This document shows positions 1-15,287 of a DNA stretch of 64,000 nucleotides, in pieces. A program made the position numbers and the translations under genes. The stretch's first letter is position 1; every line of letters begins with the position of its first letter. This stretch comes from Octopus sinensis (taxonomy: Eukaryota). Where the stretch lies: NCBI RefSeq assembly GCF_006345805.1, contig NC_043017.1, forward strand, positions 18,104,001 to 18,168,000, read 5' to 3'. The notes below the pieces were generated by a model that was given only the letters and a program-made list of their open reading frames with translations, was not told where the DNA came from and searched no databases.

Positions 1-1980
1 GATTTTATAAGAGGCAAATCCCATTCAGAAACAGAGTCAATTGAAGACTTCAGATTATTTTTTTCAAGAAAAGAAATAGGATTCTTTGAACGTGGCCTAA
101 AAAAAGTTACACACACACACACACACACACACAACATAACGTGAACTTTCAGAAATGTTTGCCTTTCATTGTGTTGCTATAAATACTGACAATTTTTCAT
201 GGTTCTTTCTACCTGCCCACTGTTTTCACTGATCTCTTCAAATGCACATATCTTTTGTCTTTCATCTTCATTGAACTTGTTCTTTGTAAAAACAATAATA
301 CGTAATATTTATTTTAGTGTTAATAAAGTGTTTTGTTATTGGAGTTGTTCTCCTTGACTATAGCAAATGTATATTAAATCTATCTATCTTCTATCTACCT
401 ATCATCTATCTCTATCTATCTATCTATCTATCTATCATCTATCTATCTATCATCAATCAATCAATCAATCATATATACAAAATATACACACATATAAACA
501 AACAAGGAGTATGTGCGAGATTCCAATGTGCACAAACGTGTTGTATCGAAAGTTATGACATCCGCTTCGTCGCTTTATTCTGAGACTACGAATTCTTGAC
601 TAAAGGCTGGAAAGGTTACAAAGTTAAAAATCATTACACCAGGGAACAAAAAAAAAAAAAGATATTTCTCGTCTATCTGATTTCTCTCTACAAGATAATG
701 CTTCCAAACTGAAATTTTCACGTTTTATTTTTGAAAACCCAGGATTAACTGTTACAAATAGGAAGTAAATTACAGATTTGGTAATTGAAGTCCTTTTAAT
801 GTTGCTAGTCACACGCCTACATTCATTTTATTTTCACTGGTCTGAATTCAGCGATTTAACAAATATAAACAATTACATGCTTGCTTGAAGTATCCTAATA
901 ACCTTTATACGTGTATGTAGTCTATTATTTAATTAGGGGTGGGGCAAAATGAGTAAGTTCTGATTTCTGCTTATTCTTTCCTTTCCTGTTTGAAATCATT
1001 ACATTGGAAATATTCCGTCGTTATTTTGTACTGTTGCGTCATCTTCAGGAGTAAAAATTGATCAGCATAGTTGTTGAAGTTGAGGAAGCCCAAAACGTAG
1101 TCAGGTGGCCTTTTTCAGTAAATTTTGATATTTTCACCGAAAAAACGAAAAAACCCTCGGGTTTTTCCATGTAATCAAGTACCCTGACCTAATATGCTAC
1201 AAACCACTTACTTTTGTTCGAAAAAAAACTCCCTCTGATTAGAATAGCCGCGCATCACGTCGTTTGATTATTTTAGATAAAAGTACACTGTATCCTGGAT
1301 TTCTTATTCCTGCTTTAAATCAAAGCTTGCTAATTACTATAGCGACATCTATGTGTTTAGGTGTTTTCGCTCATTAAACACTCACAACGCCCAGTCTGGG
1401 AATCGAAACCGTGATCCTACGACCGTGAGTCTGTTCCCCTAACCTCTAATCCATTGCACCTCCACATGTAGATAGCTATGTGCACACACTAAATATGTAG
1501 GCTATATACACATATACTTAGACCAATATATGCACAAAATATGTAGAATATATGTACTATATACGCAGACAAGCATCCCCTGTATCTTATACTGTTTCTT
1601 TTTTTATTTCAGAAATATCAGATGACATTGGCACACAAAAATATTTTACTTCAGTTCCATCAACAATATTTATCTTTTCAAGACTAAAGGATGATGTTTC
1701 AGAGAACAGATATAACCCTACTTACATAAATCCATGATGGAATTTATTGGGAAATGAAATATTTCCTGTGAACTGGGAATAATAGCAAAACTTTTCTGCT
1801 TCATTGATTGGAATAAGTTAAGGCAAATTTACAAAAGAGTTTACAACAACTCCAGATATTGACAAAAGTAACCGGTGATGGAAATAAAACAGTAGAAATA
1901 TTTTGTGGAGACAGATTTAAAAAGCTAAAACTAGAAAAAAATATCTGTATTGTAGGGAAAGAGAAGCAATATTAAGAAAA

Positions 1981-4011
1981 ATGAGTTGTGAGGGGACAGT
2001 TGCAAAAGATCTGAAATATATTGATTATTCTGATGAGATGTTGAAAGAGACAGATAAAACATTGTATCAATGTAATACCTCTCAAAAAGGTAGCCTAATC
2101 ACTCACAAATGTATTCATACTGAAGAGAAACCATATTGTGATATCTGTGGGAAATCATTTTCAGGAGAGAAACCATACCGTTGTGATATTTGTAGCAAAT
2201 CATTCTCCCAGATTGGTAATTTAACTACTCACAAACGTATTCATACAGGGGAGAAACCATATCACTGTGACATCTGTGGTGACGCATTCTCTCAAAAATG
2301 TCATTTGTCCAAACACAAACGCATTCATACAGGAGAGAAACCTTATCACTGTGACATCTGTGATAAATCATTCTCTGACAATAGCGTGTTAACAAGACAC
2401 ACACGTACTCATACAGGAGAGAAACCATATCGGTGTGTTATCTGTGGGAAATCATTTTCTCAAAAATGTCATTTGTCCAGGCACCAATGTATTCATACAG
2501 GAGAGAAGCCATATCCCTGTGAAATCTGTGGTAAATCATTCTCTGAAAATACTTTGTTAATAAAACACACACGTATTCATACAGGAGAGAAACCATATCG
2601 GTGTGATATATGTGGAAAATGTTTCTCGATAATTGGTAACTTATCTAAACACAAGCATGTTCATACTGTTGAGAGGGCGTATCTTTGTGATATCTGTGGT
2701 GACTCATTCTCTCAAATATGTCACTTAACTAAACACAAACTTGTTCACACAAGTGAAAAGCCATATCTTTGTGATACCTGTGGTAAACCATTCTCCCAAA
2801 GTAGTGAGTTGTCGAGACACAAACGCATTCACATTGGGAAGAAACCGCATCACTGTGTTATTTGTGGCAAATCATTTTCTGCAAACAGTCACTTGGCTAT
2901 TCACAACCGTACGCATACTGGGGAGAAGCCATATTGCTGTGATATCTGTGGGAAATCATTCTCTAATGGTAGTAACTTAACAAAACACAAATGCATTCAT
3001 TCAGGTGAGAGGCCATATCACTGTGATATCTGTGGTAAATCATTCTCTCAAAGAATTCATCTAACTTTACATAAAAGTATTCATACAGGTGAGAAGCCAT
3101 ATTCATGTGATGCCTGTGGTAAATCATTCTCATCGAATGCTAAATTAACTACACACAAATTAATTCATACGGGAAAGAAACCATATTCTTGTGATATTTG
3201 TGGTAAATCATTCACTTCAAAGAGTAAAGCAACAGTACACAGACGAATCCATACCGGGGAGAAGCCATATTGCTGTGATATCTGTGGCAAATCCTTCTCT
3301 CAGAGTGGTGACTTAACTGCTCACAAAAGCGTCCATCCAGGAAAGAAACCTTATCCCTGTGATATTTGTGGTAAATCATACTTTCAAAATTGTCAATTAA
3401 CTGTACACAAACGTTCTCATACAGGAGAGAAGCCATATTGCTGTGATATCTGTGGTAAATCCTTCTCTAGAAATACTGCTTTGACTGATCACAAACGTAT
3501 TCATACAGGAGAGAAGCCATATCGCTGTGATATATGTGGTAAATCATTCTCTCAAAAAAGTCACTTAAGAAGTCACAAACGTATTCATACAGGGGAGAAG
3601 CCATATCATTGTGACGTCTGTGATAAATCATTCTGTGTGAGTAGTAACTTAACTATTCACAAACGTATTCATACAGGAGAGAAACCCTATCAGTGTGGCA
3701 TCTGTGGTGAATCATTCCCAGGAAATTATCATTTAACGAGGCACATGAACATTCATACAGGAGAGAAACCGTATCACTGTGATGTCTGTGATAAATCATT
3801 TTTTAAAAGTGGTAACTTAACTGCTCACAAACGTATTCACACTGGTAAGAAGCCATATCGCTGTTATATTTGTGGTAAATCATTTTCTCAAAAACATGGC
3901 TTATCTTATCACAAACGTACACATACAGGAGAGAAACCATATCACTGTGATATCTGTGGTAAATCGTTTTCTGGAAGTGGTATCTTAAAGAAGCACAAAC
4001 ATATTCACTGA
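1981..4011 (+). CDS. C2H2 zinc-finger protein A (676 aa; 22 intact fingers plus 2 internally deleted N-terminal fingers; no KRAB/SCAN/BTB/ZAD seen)
   Basis: ORF of repeated CxxC-x12-HxxxH units with TGEKPY linkers; splice acceptor ttttatttcag|AAATATC at 1612/1613 opens the exon. Confidence 0.93.
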   Translation: MSCEGTVAKDLKYIDYSDEMLKETDKTLYQCNTSQKGSLITHKCIHTEEKPYCDICGKSFSGEKPYRCDICSKSFSQIGNLTTHKRIHTGEKPYHCDICGDAFSQKCHLSKHKRIHTGEKPYHCDICDKSFSDNSVLTRHTRTHTGEKPYRCVICGKSFSQKCHLSRHQCIHTGEKPYPCEICGKSFSENTLLIKHTRIHTGEKPYRCDICGKCFSIIGNLSKHKHVHTVERAYLCDICGDSFSQICHLTKHKLVHTSEKPYLCDTCGKPFSQSSELSRHKRIHIGKKPHHCVICGKSFSANSHLAIHNRTHTGEKPYCCDICGKSFSNGSNLTKHKCIHSGERPYHCDICGKSFSQRIHLTLHKSIHTGEKPYSCDACGKSFSSNAKLTTHKLIHTGKKPYSCDICGKSFTSKSKATVHRRIHTGEKPYCCDICGKSFSQSGDLTAHKSVHPGKKPYPCDICGKSYFQNCQLTVHKRSHTGEKPYCCDICGKSFSRNTALTDHKRIHTGEKPYRCDICGKSFSQKSHLRSHKRIHTGEKPYHCDVCDKSFCVSSNLTIHKRIHTGEKPYQCGICGESFPGNYHLTRHMNIHTGEKPYHCDVCDKSFFKSGNLTAHKRIHTGKKPYRCYICGKSFSQKHGLSYHKRTHTGEKPYHCDICGKSFSGSGILKKHKHIH

Positions 4012-4103
4012 CCTACTACAGTTATGATATTTGCAACATATTATTTTTCTGATCCTAGTCACTCAACTAGATACAGTTATATTCATACATGGAAAAGGCT
4101 TTC

Positions 4104-4448
4104 ATCATCATCATCATCATCATTTAGCGTCCGTTTTCCATGCTAGCATGGGTTGGACGGTTCTACTGGGGTCTGTGAAGCCAGAAGGCTTCATCAGGCC
4201 CAGTCAAATCTGGCAGTGTTTCTATGGCTGGATGCCCTTCCTAACGCCAACCACTCCGTGAGTGTAGTGGGTGCTTTTTACGTGCCACCCGCACAGGTGC
4301 CAGACAGAGCTGGCAAACGGCCACGAACGGATGGTGCTTTTTATGTGCCACTGGCACGAGGGCCAGGCGAGGCTGGCAACGGACACGAACGGATGGTGCT
4401 TTTTACGTGCCACCGGCACAAGGCCAGTCGGGGCGGCGCTGGCAACGG
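4104..4448 (-). mobile_element. RTE 3'UTR copy (reverse) in the ZNF-A 3' flank
   Basis: (CAT)n-ttagcgtccgttttccatgctagc...ctggatgcccttcctaacgccaacc. Same family at ~7580-7878(+), 10020-10165(-), 20275-20520(-), 35520-35910(+), 41115-41490(-), 49920-50300(-), 51857-52240(-), 54985-55220(+), 61677-62098(-). Confidence 0.85.
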
Positions 4449-7400
4449 CTTTATACATGATAATTTATTCTCTCCAAAAAGCGACTTAAATTCATGCTTG
4501 TCTCTCTTTCACGCTTTAGCCTTCAACACATATCAGTACTGGGGCTGGTTTATTTTGACTAAATTTCTCAAGGCAGTGTTGCAGCATGGCTGCAGTCCAT
4601 TGACTGAATTGAGCAAGAGAGAGAAAATAGAATAGTTTATGCTACTAATGCTATACAAAATATGAAATAAAATTGTTTATCATAATGTGATATTCCTATG
4701 ATCTCTTATATGAATTATTCAACTAACATGTTTGTTCATTTTCATGTCTATTTTTCCATGCTAACTTAAGTTTTACAAATATATCATTGAGATATTGTTT
4801 TACAGATAGCTGGCCTCCTCCTTGTTTTGCAAATCTAATGAATCTCCTGTTCTGCATTTCTTCGAAGATATAAAACCAGCAGATGCTGTACTGACAGTGA
4901 AAGTGACATCACTTCTGGCAGCTGAACAGTTTTCAGGGAGCACCGAAATAAACAGAGGCTCACACACTTTCAATATGCATGTTTGTGTGTGTATGTATGG
5001 CTAATGTAAACGTGTGTGTGTGTGTGTATTTATAAATATATGTAAAACCATAAAGTCAGGAGGTATAAGTGAATATATATTTATTTAACCATGTAACTTC
5101 TATAGGGTTACAGCTGTTTCGCAACCTTCTTCATGTAGTTTTACTATATAGTGAGGGTTGCAAAATGGCTGTAATCCTATGGAAGTCACGTCATTAGATA
5201 TATATATTCAACTTTCACACCTCATGACTTTATTATGGTTTTACACACTCCTTATGAAATAATTTCAACCACTGAACTTTCTAGATTTTCAGTTACATGG
5301 ACAATCTCTATTGCACTTCTTTGTAATTGGACTGATAGCTGAGTCTGTAAGAGGAGCTTTCTGTGATAGCCACACAATTCTCTGAGTCCTCATCTTCCAT
5401 ATAAATATATACGTATATGTACATGTTTTTCTTTTTTTTTTCTTTTACTTGTTTCAGTCATTTGACTGCGGCCATGCTGGAGCACCGCCTTTAGTCGAGC
5501 AACTCGACCCCGGGACTTATTCTTTGTAAGCCCAGTACTTATTCTATCGGTCTCCTTTGCCAAACCACTAAGTGACGGGGGACATAAACACACCTGCATC
5601 GGTTGTCAAGCAATGCTAGGGGGACAAACACAGACACACATATATACGACGGGCTTCTTTCAGTTTCCGTCTACCAAATCCACTCACAAAGCTTTGGTGG
5701 GTCCGAGGCTATAGAAGAAGATACTTGCCCAAGGTGCCACGCAGTGGGACTGAACCCGGAACCATGTGGTTGGTAAGCAAGCTACTTACCACACAGCCAC
5801 TCCTGATATATATCATCATCATTTAATGTCCGTTGTCCATGCTTGCATGAGTTGGATGGATTGATCAGGGCTGGCAAGCTCAGAAATCACTTAAGAAGCC
5901 ACAAATGTATTCATTCAGGAACCTGAACACAGAACCATGTTGGTAAGCAAGCTACTTATCACCCAGCCACTCCTGTGCCTATGAATAAACTATTTTAATA
6001 GAATTTTCGTTACTATTCTGATACCTACGATTTTTTGCTGAATTCTGATTCAACTGGAATTCAAAAGCAGAGATAGACATTCCTCCAAGAAGTCGAAGCA
6101 GAATGTGATATGGGACCATAATTAGCTTGAAGTATGACTGATCTTTTAAGTTATACGTGTGTTAAGGGAGATAATCGAGGCATTTCCTTGTAACTGTGGA
6201 AGAATGTTTAACATTTATTGTTGGAGTCCATGAAATGCTAAAGTAAGAATAAATACCATAAACATTATTTACATTTGACGGATATTTGTCCTCATCTTGT
6301 TTGTTGTTATTTTATTTTAAGGTAATAAGTAGTTTTCTGTTGAAAATTAGTATTCATTTCAATGTTTTCTATAAGCATGAAGACATCTGAAATTATTATT
6401 CTTGTGTGTTCCAAATTGTATTATATGACGGCCAGCACTGTAAAACTATGTAGAAGAGTGGAGGCTGGGCTGCCAGCACTATATTTGATGGCATACAAAA
6501 AATACACTCGTTTCTTTTCTGAAACAAAATCACCCCTTATCTCATATGCAAAGTTTGATCTCCCTTAAGCTACTCATTTCAATAAGCCAATTTTAATTCA
6601 GGTAGATTTTTCTACCTAACCTGACTCCATAACTTTTTATATATAAGGTTCTTTTCAAGCATAATGCCCAGATTGCCGTATTATATGCCTGAATGCACAA
6701 ATGATCTTTTTCTTTTGTTCTGAATATAACCTGCAGAAATTGGGCGCCAGTAGCCCTCCCCCAGCTGTTTGCATATGTGCTTTGTACATAAATGCTTCTG
6801 CATGCACACCCACACTCATACTTAGGTAGATGTGATGTCACCTGTCTCTTATACATCATGCATAACTCTCTCCCTATTGTACAATGTCCAAGTAGTGCAG
6901 ACGTTTTCAAAAGGTCTGCAATCCAGTAGGCAAAGCAAAAGCTTGCACATGCAATATTCTGTATGTACAAATGGGTGGAGCACTCTGCAATCACACTTGG
7001 CAAATGTTACAGTAGTATTGCACAAAGAACTTATCCATGCAAATCAAGTGCTCGCTCTAAAGAAATAAAAGCATTCAGAACCCCAAGATCAAGTTACAGG
7101 CTGCCATGTACACTGATTACATGCTTTGGCTCACGTCATCTACTTTAAATAAATGAGACTTGGAAGAACAAGATTTTGCAAAAAATACTGGGTTTGTATG
7201 TCTCAGGTTTCATCACTGTTGTCAAATGCCAAGCTGTCTGGCAGGTGATGTATATTGCACAATATGAACACATAAAAAGCAGTGACATAGCTAATAGGGG
7301 AGCAAGCAGAATGACCGCTCCTGTTGAGCACATTTTTTCAAAATTAGTACCTTTAATAAAATGTATAATCGAGTTAAAAATAGTTTGATATGTATCATGG

Positions 7401-7495
7401 CACCTTTTTTTTATATGCCCAATCCCACTAAACTTAAAACCAGGCTAAATCCCTGTATAAAACTATGTATATTTCTATCTATATATACATATAAA

Positions 7496-7529
<34 letters not shown>

Positions 7530-8939
7530 CATATATAAATCATAATCTATCAACATCAATGGAATTTGTAGCTGTGATACCAGTGCCGGTGGCACGTAAG
7601 AGAACTATCCGAACGTGGCCATAGCCAGCGCCACCTGACTGGCCTCCGTGCCGGTGGCACGTAAAAACCACCATCCGATTGTGGCTGTTTGCCAACCTCG
7701 TCTGGCACGTAAAAAGCACCCACTACACTCATGGAGTGGTTGGCATTAGGAAGGGCATCCAGCTGTAGAAACACTGCCAGATCAGACTGGGCCTGGTGCA
7801 GCCTTCTGGCTTCCCAGACCCCAGTTGAACCGTCCAACTCATGCCAGCATGGAAAGCGGACGTTAAACAATGAAGGTGATATATATGTCTAATATAATAA
7901 ATGTGAAAACTAATTTCTGTGTGTCACACTTTGACCCCCTCTCTCACTGTTCATTGACACTCCTACTATCGCTCATGCTAAGCTAAGAGTAATAATAGTA
8001 GGCATAGAGACGGTAGTAGATTGACAGTTGTGATGGTAATGGGGGTGATAGTAATTGTGATAGAGGCAAAGGTGATGGTGATGATGGTAGTGGCTGAAGC
8101 AGTCAGGGACAATGGCGATAGTAAGCAATGTGAAAGACAGTAGTGATGGTGGTGGAGGGGAAGGTGGAAAAGTCAAAGGTATTGATGGTGGTGACATCAA
8201 AAGTCTGAATAGTGTGTGTATAGCAGATGTGGTGGTGATGGTACTGGTTGAAAACAATCAACAGGAAGAGAGAGAAAGAAAGAGGCTAGACAGAAAAAAA
8301 ACTGTAATGACCCCTAAATGGGAAGACAAAAAATGTTGTTCATCATGCAGCTTTGCAATAAATTCCAAGTCGAGAAATATATCATTGTTTTGATGAAAAT
8401 TGTTCATTGCTTGAAAAATATTGGTGAAGTTTAATAAAATTTAATATGTACTCAATGCATGAAATGTCATTTATGGGCCCAAGGCCCAATGAAGAGCTCT
8501 CAACAGGAGCTAGTATAGATATACATATAAATTTGTAGGTGCTAATGTCGAGAACAATAGAAAGGAACTCATAGAAAAATCTAGGTTGGGTTTCAAATTT
8601 TGGCTAAGAAGCTAGGAAGCTTTTCACTACAAAGGCAAGTGAATTAAAAAAAACGAGGGGAAAATAGTGGGAGGGAGTAACAGTTTGTACACCCCAGTCT
8701 GAATGGTGTGTTCAGCCAAGCCTTGTAGACATAATTGCAAAGGCATTGCTGCAAAGAGTGGCCAGTGGCTCTAATGAAATGACCAATGATCAGGTGGAAC
8801 GATATATGAACATTAGCAAATAACTGTTGGCAAATCCTTGAGATGCCCACTTTTGGCATCAAATTGTAACTAAGGATAAAAAAATAGATCTATTTTCATA
8901 ATCATAATAACAGAAATCAATAGCTTCATTCTGATCAGG

Positions 8940-9515
8940 CTTCAGAACCATTTGTCAAACAAAGGTGGTTTGAAGGAGTCATGATGTGTGTTTGGTGGAA
9001 TTTCGAGATTGTTGTACTTTAAGCTTGTCCCAAAGGGTCAAGCTACGAATGCTAACTATTATGTTCAACAACTGTTGTATGCCTCTGATGCTTTGAAAAT
9101 CTGCTATCTGGCATTGGTCAACTGAAGATGTGCACTCCTACAACAGGGCATTGCCTGGCACACGCTGCCAGTGTGACCAAGCAGAAATTTGAGGGGCTGG
9201 AAATGCTGCCTTACCCTGCCTACAGTCAAGCCCTTGCACCATTAGAGTACCACCTTTTTAAAGCCAGGGATCATTTCCTGCATGGACAGAGGTTCAACAA
9301 TGTAGATTGCATTGAAGATGAGTGCAGTGAGTTTTTTGCATTTAAACCAGCCAAATGGTATAAACATGGAATTGAATTGGCACAACAATGACAACAGACA
9401 ATAGAATATGATGGGGGTATGCTTTGATGAATAAACGTTTTTGCATATGTAATTTGTTTGAATTATTAATTAAAGCTTGAAGTACGAAGAACTTAATATC
9501 GATGTCTTGTTAGAA
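8940..9515 (+). mobile_element. Degenerate mariner transposase fragment
   Basis: MMCVWWNF and LEMLPYPAYSQALAPLEYHLF (HPPYSPDLAPSDYHLF-like) motifs with stops and frameshifts. Confidence 0.85.
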
Positions 9516-10248
9516 TACTGAATACTGCAGTACCTGCCTTGACAATTCCTCTCATACAGACACATGGTGCATAAGCGCACAAGCATATATCATAGCAGTC
9601 CAAAACCGTTTATTATGGTGGTTGGAACTGCCAAATCACAGGACTTCAGTTGCATATAAAAATTGCCTTTTCATACACGTACTGCTTCTGTTGCTAATAA
9701 TTTTTTAATAAGCTTGTCAGCTATTTGCAGCATCTGTAACTGAAAAGACATTGTTGTACAATATATTATGGCAGCAAGATTTGGCTGGTGTGCAGTCACC
9801 AGATGCCTGCTGCTGAAGTTCAGATAGAAATTACAATCTGGCAATTCTGGAACCCATAATATGCAATTTCCATCTGCTACCATATATGTCTATGTGAGAG
9901 GATCTCTCAAGGCAAATACTGCAGCATTCAGCATCCTAACAAAACATCCACATTAAGTTGGATATAAAGATTGCCTTTTGGTACTAATACTGATTCTGCT
10001 GTAAATAATTATACAGACATATCATCATCATTTAATGTTCACCTTCCATGCTGGACGGTTTGACAGGAGGTGACCAGGCAGAAGCCTGCACCGGATTTCT
10101 ATGTTTGTTTGGACAGAGTTTTTATGGATGTATGCTCTTCCTAACACCAACCACCCAGCATCAATTAGACTCACTCAGAATACTGTTGGTCAAGCAGTAT
10201 ATGTGTGAGTGTGTGAGTATATGCATGTACATATATAATATACATGTG

Positions 10249-10291
<43 letters not shown>

Positions 10292-10479
10292 ACCGCGTGT
10301 GTACCGTTGGCAATTTTTTTCCCTCTGTCTTCCCTTCTCTGGATCTTTCCTTCTCCTATGTTTCCGATGAAGAGCTCCGCTCGAAAAGTTAAACTCTCCT
10401 TCTTCCTTTCCTTCCTGAGCGTCCAATAATACTATATTCGTTCCACGTCCTCGTGTTGTTGTGTTTTCATGTTTGGATT

Positions 10480-10594
<115 letters not shown>

Positions 10595-10743
10595 GCATGT
10601 ATATGTATTTATTTATACATATATACGTATATATACCATCATCATTTAATGTCTGTTTTCCATGCTGGCAGGGGTCAGATGCTTTGATAGGAACTGACAA
10701 GCCAGAGGCGTGCACCAAGCTCTACTCTCAATTATTACATTTC

Positions 10744-11160
10744 GGATCTTTTTTGGTTTGAACGGCAGTTTTCAACATAATTTCTAGGTAACTAAAAAAA
10801 TTTAAACTTCGTATATTGGTAGAATGTGTTTATAAAACATCTTTTTCTCTTGGCTTTATTGAGAAAATTCTATAGTTTGTAAGATATTTGTTGTTTTTTC
10901 TTCAATTTCTGCAATTTCAACCAATCGATTACGTCATTTGAAGTAAAAAAAACATTCTGTGCCGTATGAATATGTCCCTCGTTTAAGAAATAGATTGGGT
11001 TTATTTACATTTGTGAAGAAGAAAAAATATACTCTTCCCCCCACCTTTCCTAACCCTAAAACAGATTGAAATGCAATAGATCGATACTAGGGTCATAATT
11101 ATGGGTGACAATTTCATATGACACCGCTAGAAAAAACTGCCGTTCAAACCGAAAAGATCC
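10744..11160. mobile_element. Second copy of the GGATC-TIR MITE family
   Basis: Same TIRs and interior as 36308-36695; no TSD recognisable. Confidence 0.85.
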
Positions 11161-11323
11161 AACTATACATTGTAATGTATTCAAAAGGTTAGACTTCAGC
11201 GATTACAAAAGAGTAATGTGTAATAATGGCATTTATTAATTCATTTTCATGCACTTAAATCTTACGTTTCGTTTCAGTTGTTTTAACCAAGTCTATTTTT
11301 GTAATTTCCCCATTCATTCTCAG

Positions 11324-11423
11324 TGCATTGTCGGTCCCAAGTCCGAATTGTTCAGGTATTCCACTGACTCAGTGAGTCCAATGAATATCTCGTCATCTTC
11401 ATTGGATGAGTTCAGTTGTTCAG
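11324..11423 (+). other. Putative short 5' exon of ZNF-B followed by a 99-nt intron
   Basis: Donor CAG|gtaaac at 11423/11424; intron 11424-11522 ends at the acceptor; near-identical arrangement upstream of ZNF-F. The 5' boundary is uncertain. Confidence 0.55.
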
Positions 11424-11825
11424 GTAAACGTTTCTATCTACTGTTTATCAATATAGAAGAAATGTAAGAAAATGTCTTCATTTTAAATATCCTCTATATT
11501 TTATATTGTTTCTTTATTTCAGAATATCGGATGACATTGGTGTAAAAGAATGTTATTAACTTCAGATCCATGAATATTTATGATCTTCTAAAGACTAAAA
11601 GAAGATGTGCAGAGCAAATATCAACCGTGTTTATATAAATCTATGGAAGAATTACTGTGAAATATTTACTTCAAACGAAAATTAACTGCAATATATACAA
11701 GTTGATTTTATGTTCAAAGGACTGGCGTCTTCACATATCAACGAACATTGCAGTTGAAGAAAATACAGCAAAAGAATTATTTGTTTGGAATAAAATAGCA
11801 GAAAAACATATGTGTCTTGTGATGA

Positions 11826-12761
<936 letters not shown>

Positions 12762-13174
12762 TTCTGTAACATCTGTGGGGAAATAAGTCTCTCATGCAGT
12801 TATTTTCATTAAACATGTAGGTATTCATACACAACAGTAAATATATGAATGTCATAGTTTGGGTTTTGGTAAACGCAGCATGTTTTGTAGTCAATTTCTA
12901 TTGTTCAGATTAGATTTGTTGAGCTTTCATTTCATGGTATGTATGTCTGCCAGACTGAAAATGAAACAAAAGCAATCCATAAAAAATATGAAAATTGACT
13001 GGGATATCCCAAGTAAGTGCAACAAATATGTATATAAGTAATTTATTAAATGATCTGTTTAATAAGCTGTTGGTATTTCGTTTTTATTTAATGAAAATTT
13101 AACCTTTTTAATATAAACACTCTTGTTTTAACACTAATAACAGAGTTGTTAAACTGACTTGGAAAAGCCTACAA

Positions 13175-13745
13175 AACAGAGATTTAGGGATGTGTTACTT
13201 GAAGCTTTTGAAGAAAAAGAGGAGGATATAACAATGTGGAAGACAACTTGAGGTCCATATGGAACAACCTGTTGAGGGCTACTGACAAGATTGTGGATGG
13301 TTTAAAGTTCCCCCCTTGGCCTAAGGTAACGTGGTGGTGGAACAATGTAGTTGACAGGGCCATTAGGGTAAAGAAACAGGCATGGAATGACTAGATGTGC
13401 AGTGGTAGCAGGGAACTATCAGATTGCCAGAAGGGAAGCTAGGAGACAGGTTTACTTAGCCAGATGGGAAGCAGATAAAAAATTTGCCAATGTTTTGCAT
13501 CATGAGGACCAAAGACTTGAAGTGTTTCATATTGCAAGATAGCATGTGAGAGAGAAATGTGTCTGCATGGATGATGGCTCACTTGCATATAATGATGCTA
13601 CAAAGAGAGAGTTAGAGATGACACTATGAAAGGTTGCTGAATGGGAGAGAGTCTACCAAATGTCGACCCAACAGTGGGACCAGCTATCTGAATTGACAGT
13701 ACCTTGGTAGATAAAGCAATTAAGAGTATGAAGACAGGAAAAGCT
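13175..13745 (+). mobile_element. RTE LINE internal ORF fragment
   Basis: Decayed PKVTWWWNNVVDRAIRVKKQAW segment typical of the RTE EN-RT linker. Confidence 0.7.
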
Positions 13746-15287
13746 TGAGATGTGTATGTAGAAAGATGGTGTTGACAACACTAAGAAGATGATGGTGGTG
13801 ACGAAGAAAGGGATGCTGTAATACTGTTGGATGGGTGTTGCCGTCTGGCTCACAGGTTGTATATTTGCTGTTGATCCATGGTGAAGTAATCTATGATCAG
13901 TGATGTGTTGAAACCTGGGCGTGTTGCTGTTGGATGGGTGTTGTCACTGGAACTGGCTGTGTCATGTGTGGTCAAATTGTGCAAGTGAGCCCTTGCAAAA
14001 CCAATACAGCTTCTTTTTTGAAGTGGTAAGCTCCCAGACAATCCTGAAAATATTGCATATCTGCAATGGGAGTTGGACGCAATATATAGTTTCATGTAGG
14101 AAAATTCCAGGCCCTATGCTACCAGCACACAAAGCCAATATGGACGACTTGTTCTGAAACAACACCCGAGTAGGAAATGGTTCTCAAAAATAACCCCCCA
14201 ATTGTTTTCCTCCCAAATTTCTATGTCCTCGGAATCTACATAGTACGACGGATATTTGTAGAAAATTTCATTAAAAAATATCCATTTTCTTGAAAGTTAA
14301 AACGAGCTGAAGTGGACTTCGTTGAATTTTCCGAAATTCCCCACCCACATTTCCCACCCACATTTCCCACCAAAAGTTTGTATATTCGCAATCTACATGA
14401 TATAACACATATTCGTAGAAAATGTCATTTAAAAAAAAACCCATTTTTCTGAAAGTTATGACCATCCAACGTCGGTGGTGGGGAGGGAAGTATGTTTTGA
14501 ATAGATTACAATGTTATCCAAAAAAGAATAGATTTGTTTTATTTAAAAAAAAAATTAAAACTCATAAAAATGTCATTGAAAGTAATTACCTTCACCACGT
14601 TACATAAAAATGTTTCTACAAAAATATGACATTAGAATACCGTAATTCATCTAATATTGATGTTAAGGGTTGATTTGTTTTCATTTTCAAACTGTAACGT
14701 TATGCAAAAAACGAGGAAAATAATTAAAACAAAGGGAACAAATCATTGTAAGGGACATACATGCTTTGACGCCGTTTTTGGTGAAGAACGATAATAATAA
14801 GAACTAAGAATTTTCAAATTTTACATATTTTAGTGGATAAAATATATATATTCTGTTGTGTGATAAACATCTTTAATTTCTAGGACAGATCTAGTTTACA
14901 ACTGACATTTAAGTGATCCAGTTAATTAGAGATGATTGCTAATTAACTATGAAAAGATAATACTGTAGCTTTCTTTAATATGTCGATGTGAAAAATTTGA
15001 ATGAAGGTTTGTTGTAAAATATAGAAGTTGTGTTGAAGCTGTCATTGTCCAGTCTAAGTTGTGACTACTTGAATCTATCGTGGCATCTTCGTCAATGGCT
15101 CTATATTAATATGTAAGTATTATTGATAGAAACAACGTTTACATTGTACAGGTCGTATGTTTGGATGTGTTCAAAGATGATGGAAAGAAAGTGAAGTAAA
15201 GAAGAAATTTTCCTGAAGTAACGATGTTGTCTTAATTCCTATATGGTAGTCTGTCATATGTAATATAGCGAGTTGAGACACTTGCTT

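Noticed and set aside
1981-2070. KRAB/SCAN/BTB/ZAD effector domain in the ZNF N-termini
   Set aside because: Leaders are only ~30-37 aa and show none of the characteristic motifs
2225-3436. Antisense and off-frame ORFs over the ZNF arrays (MVSLLYEY... type; also 18519, 34297, 40395)
   Set aside because: Shadow frames of the repetitive finger codons; no independent evidence
6162-6568. Kolobok-like MITE (TTAA-GGGAGAT...ATCTCCC-TTAA)
   Set aside because: Only 7 bp of TIR and a single copy in the window; could be chance
6593-7140. 136-aa minus ORF / possible piggyBac Cys-rich tail (CMQKHLCTKH in another frame)
   Set aside because: Fragmentary, with no catalytic motifs or termini to support a call
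13745-14160. Short ORFs (13850, 13921, 13962) as a gene
   Set aside because: No recognisable motif or splice pattern; probably decayed repeat sequence
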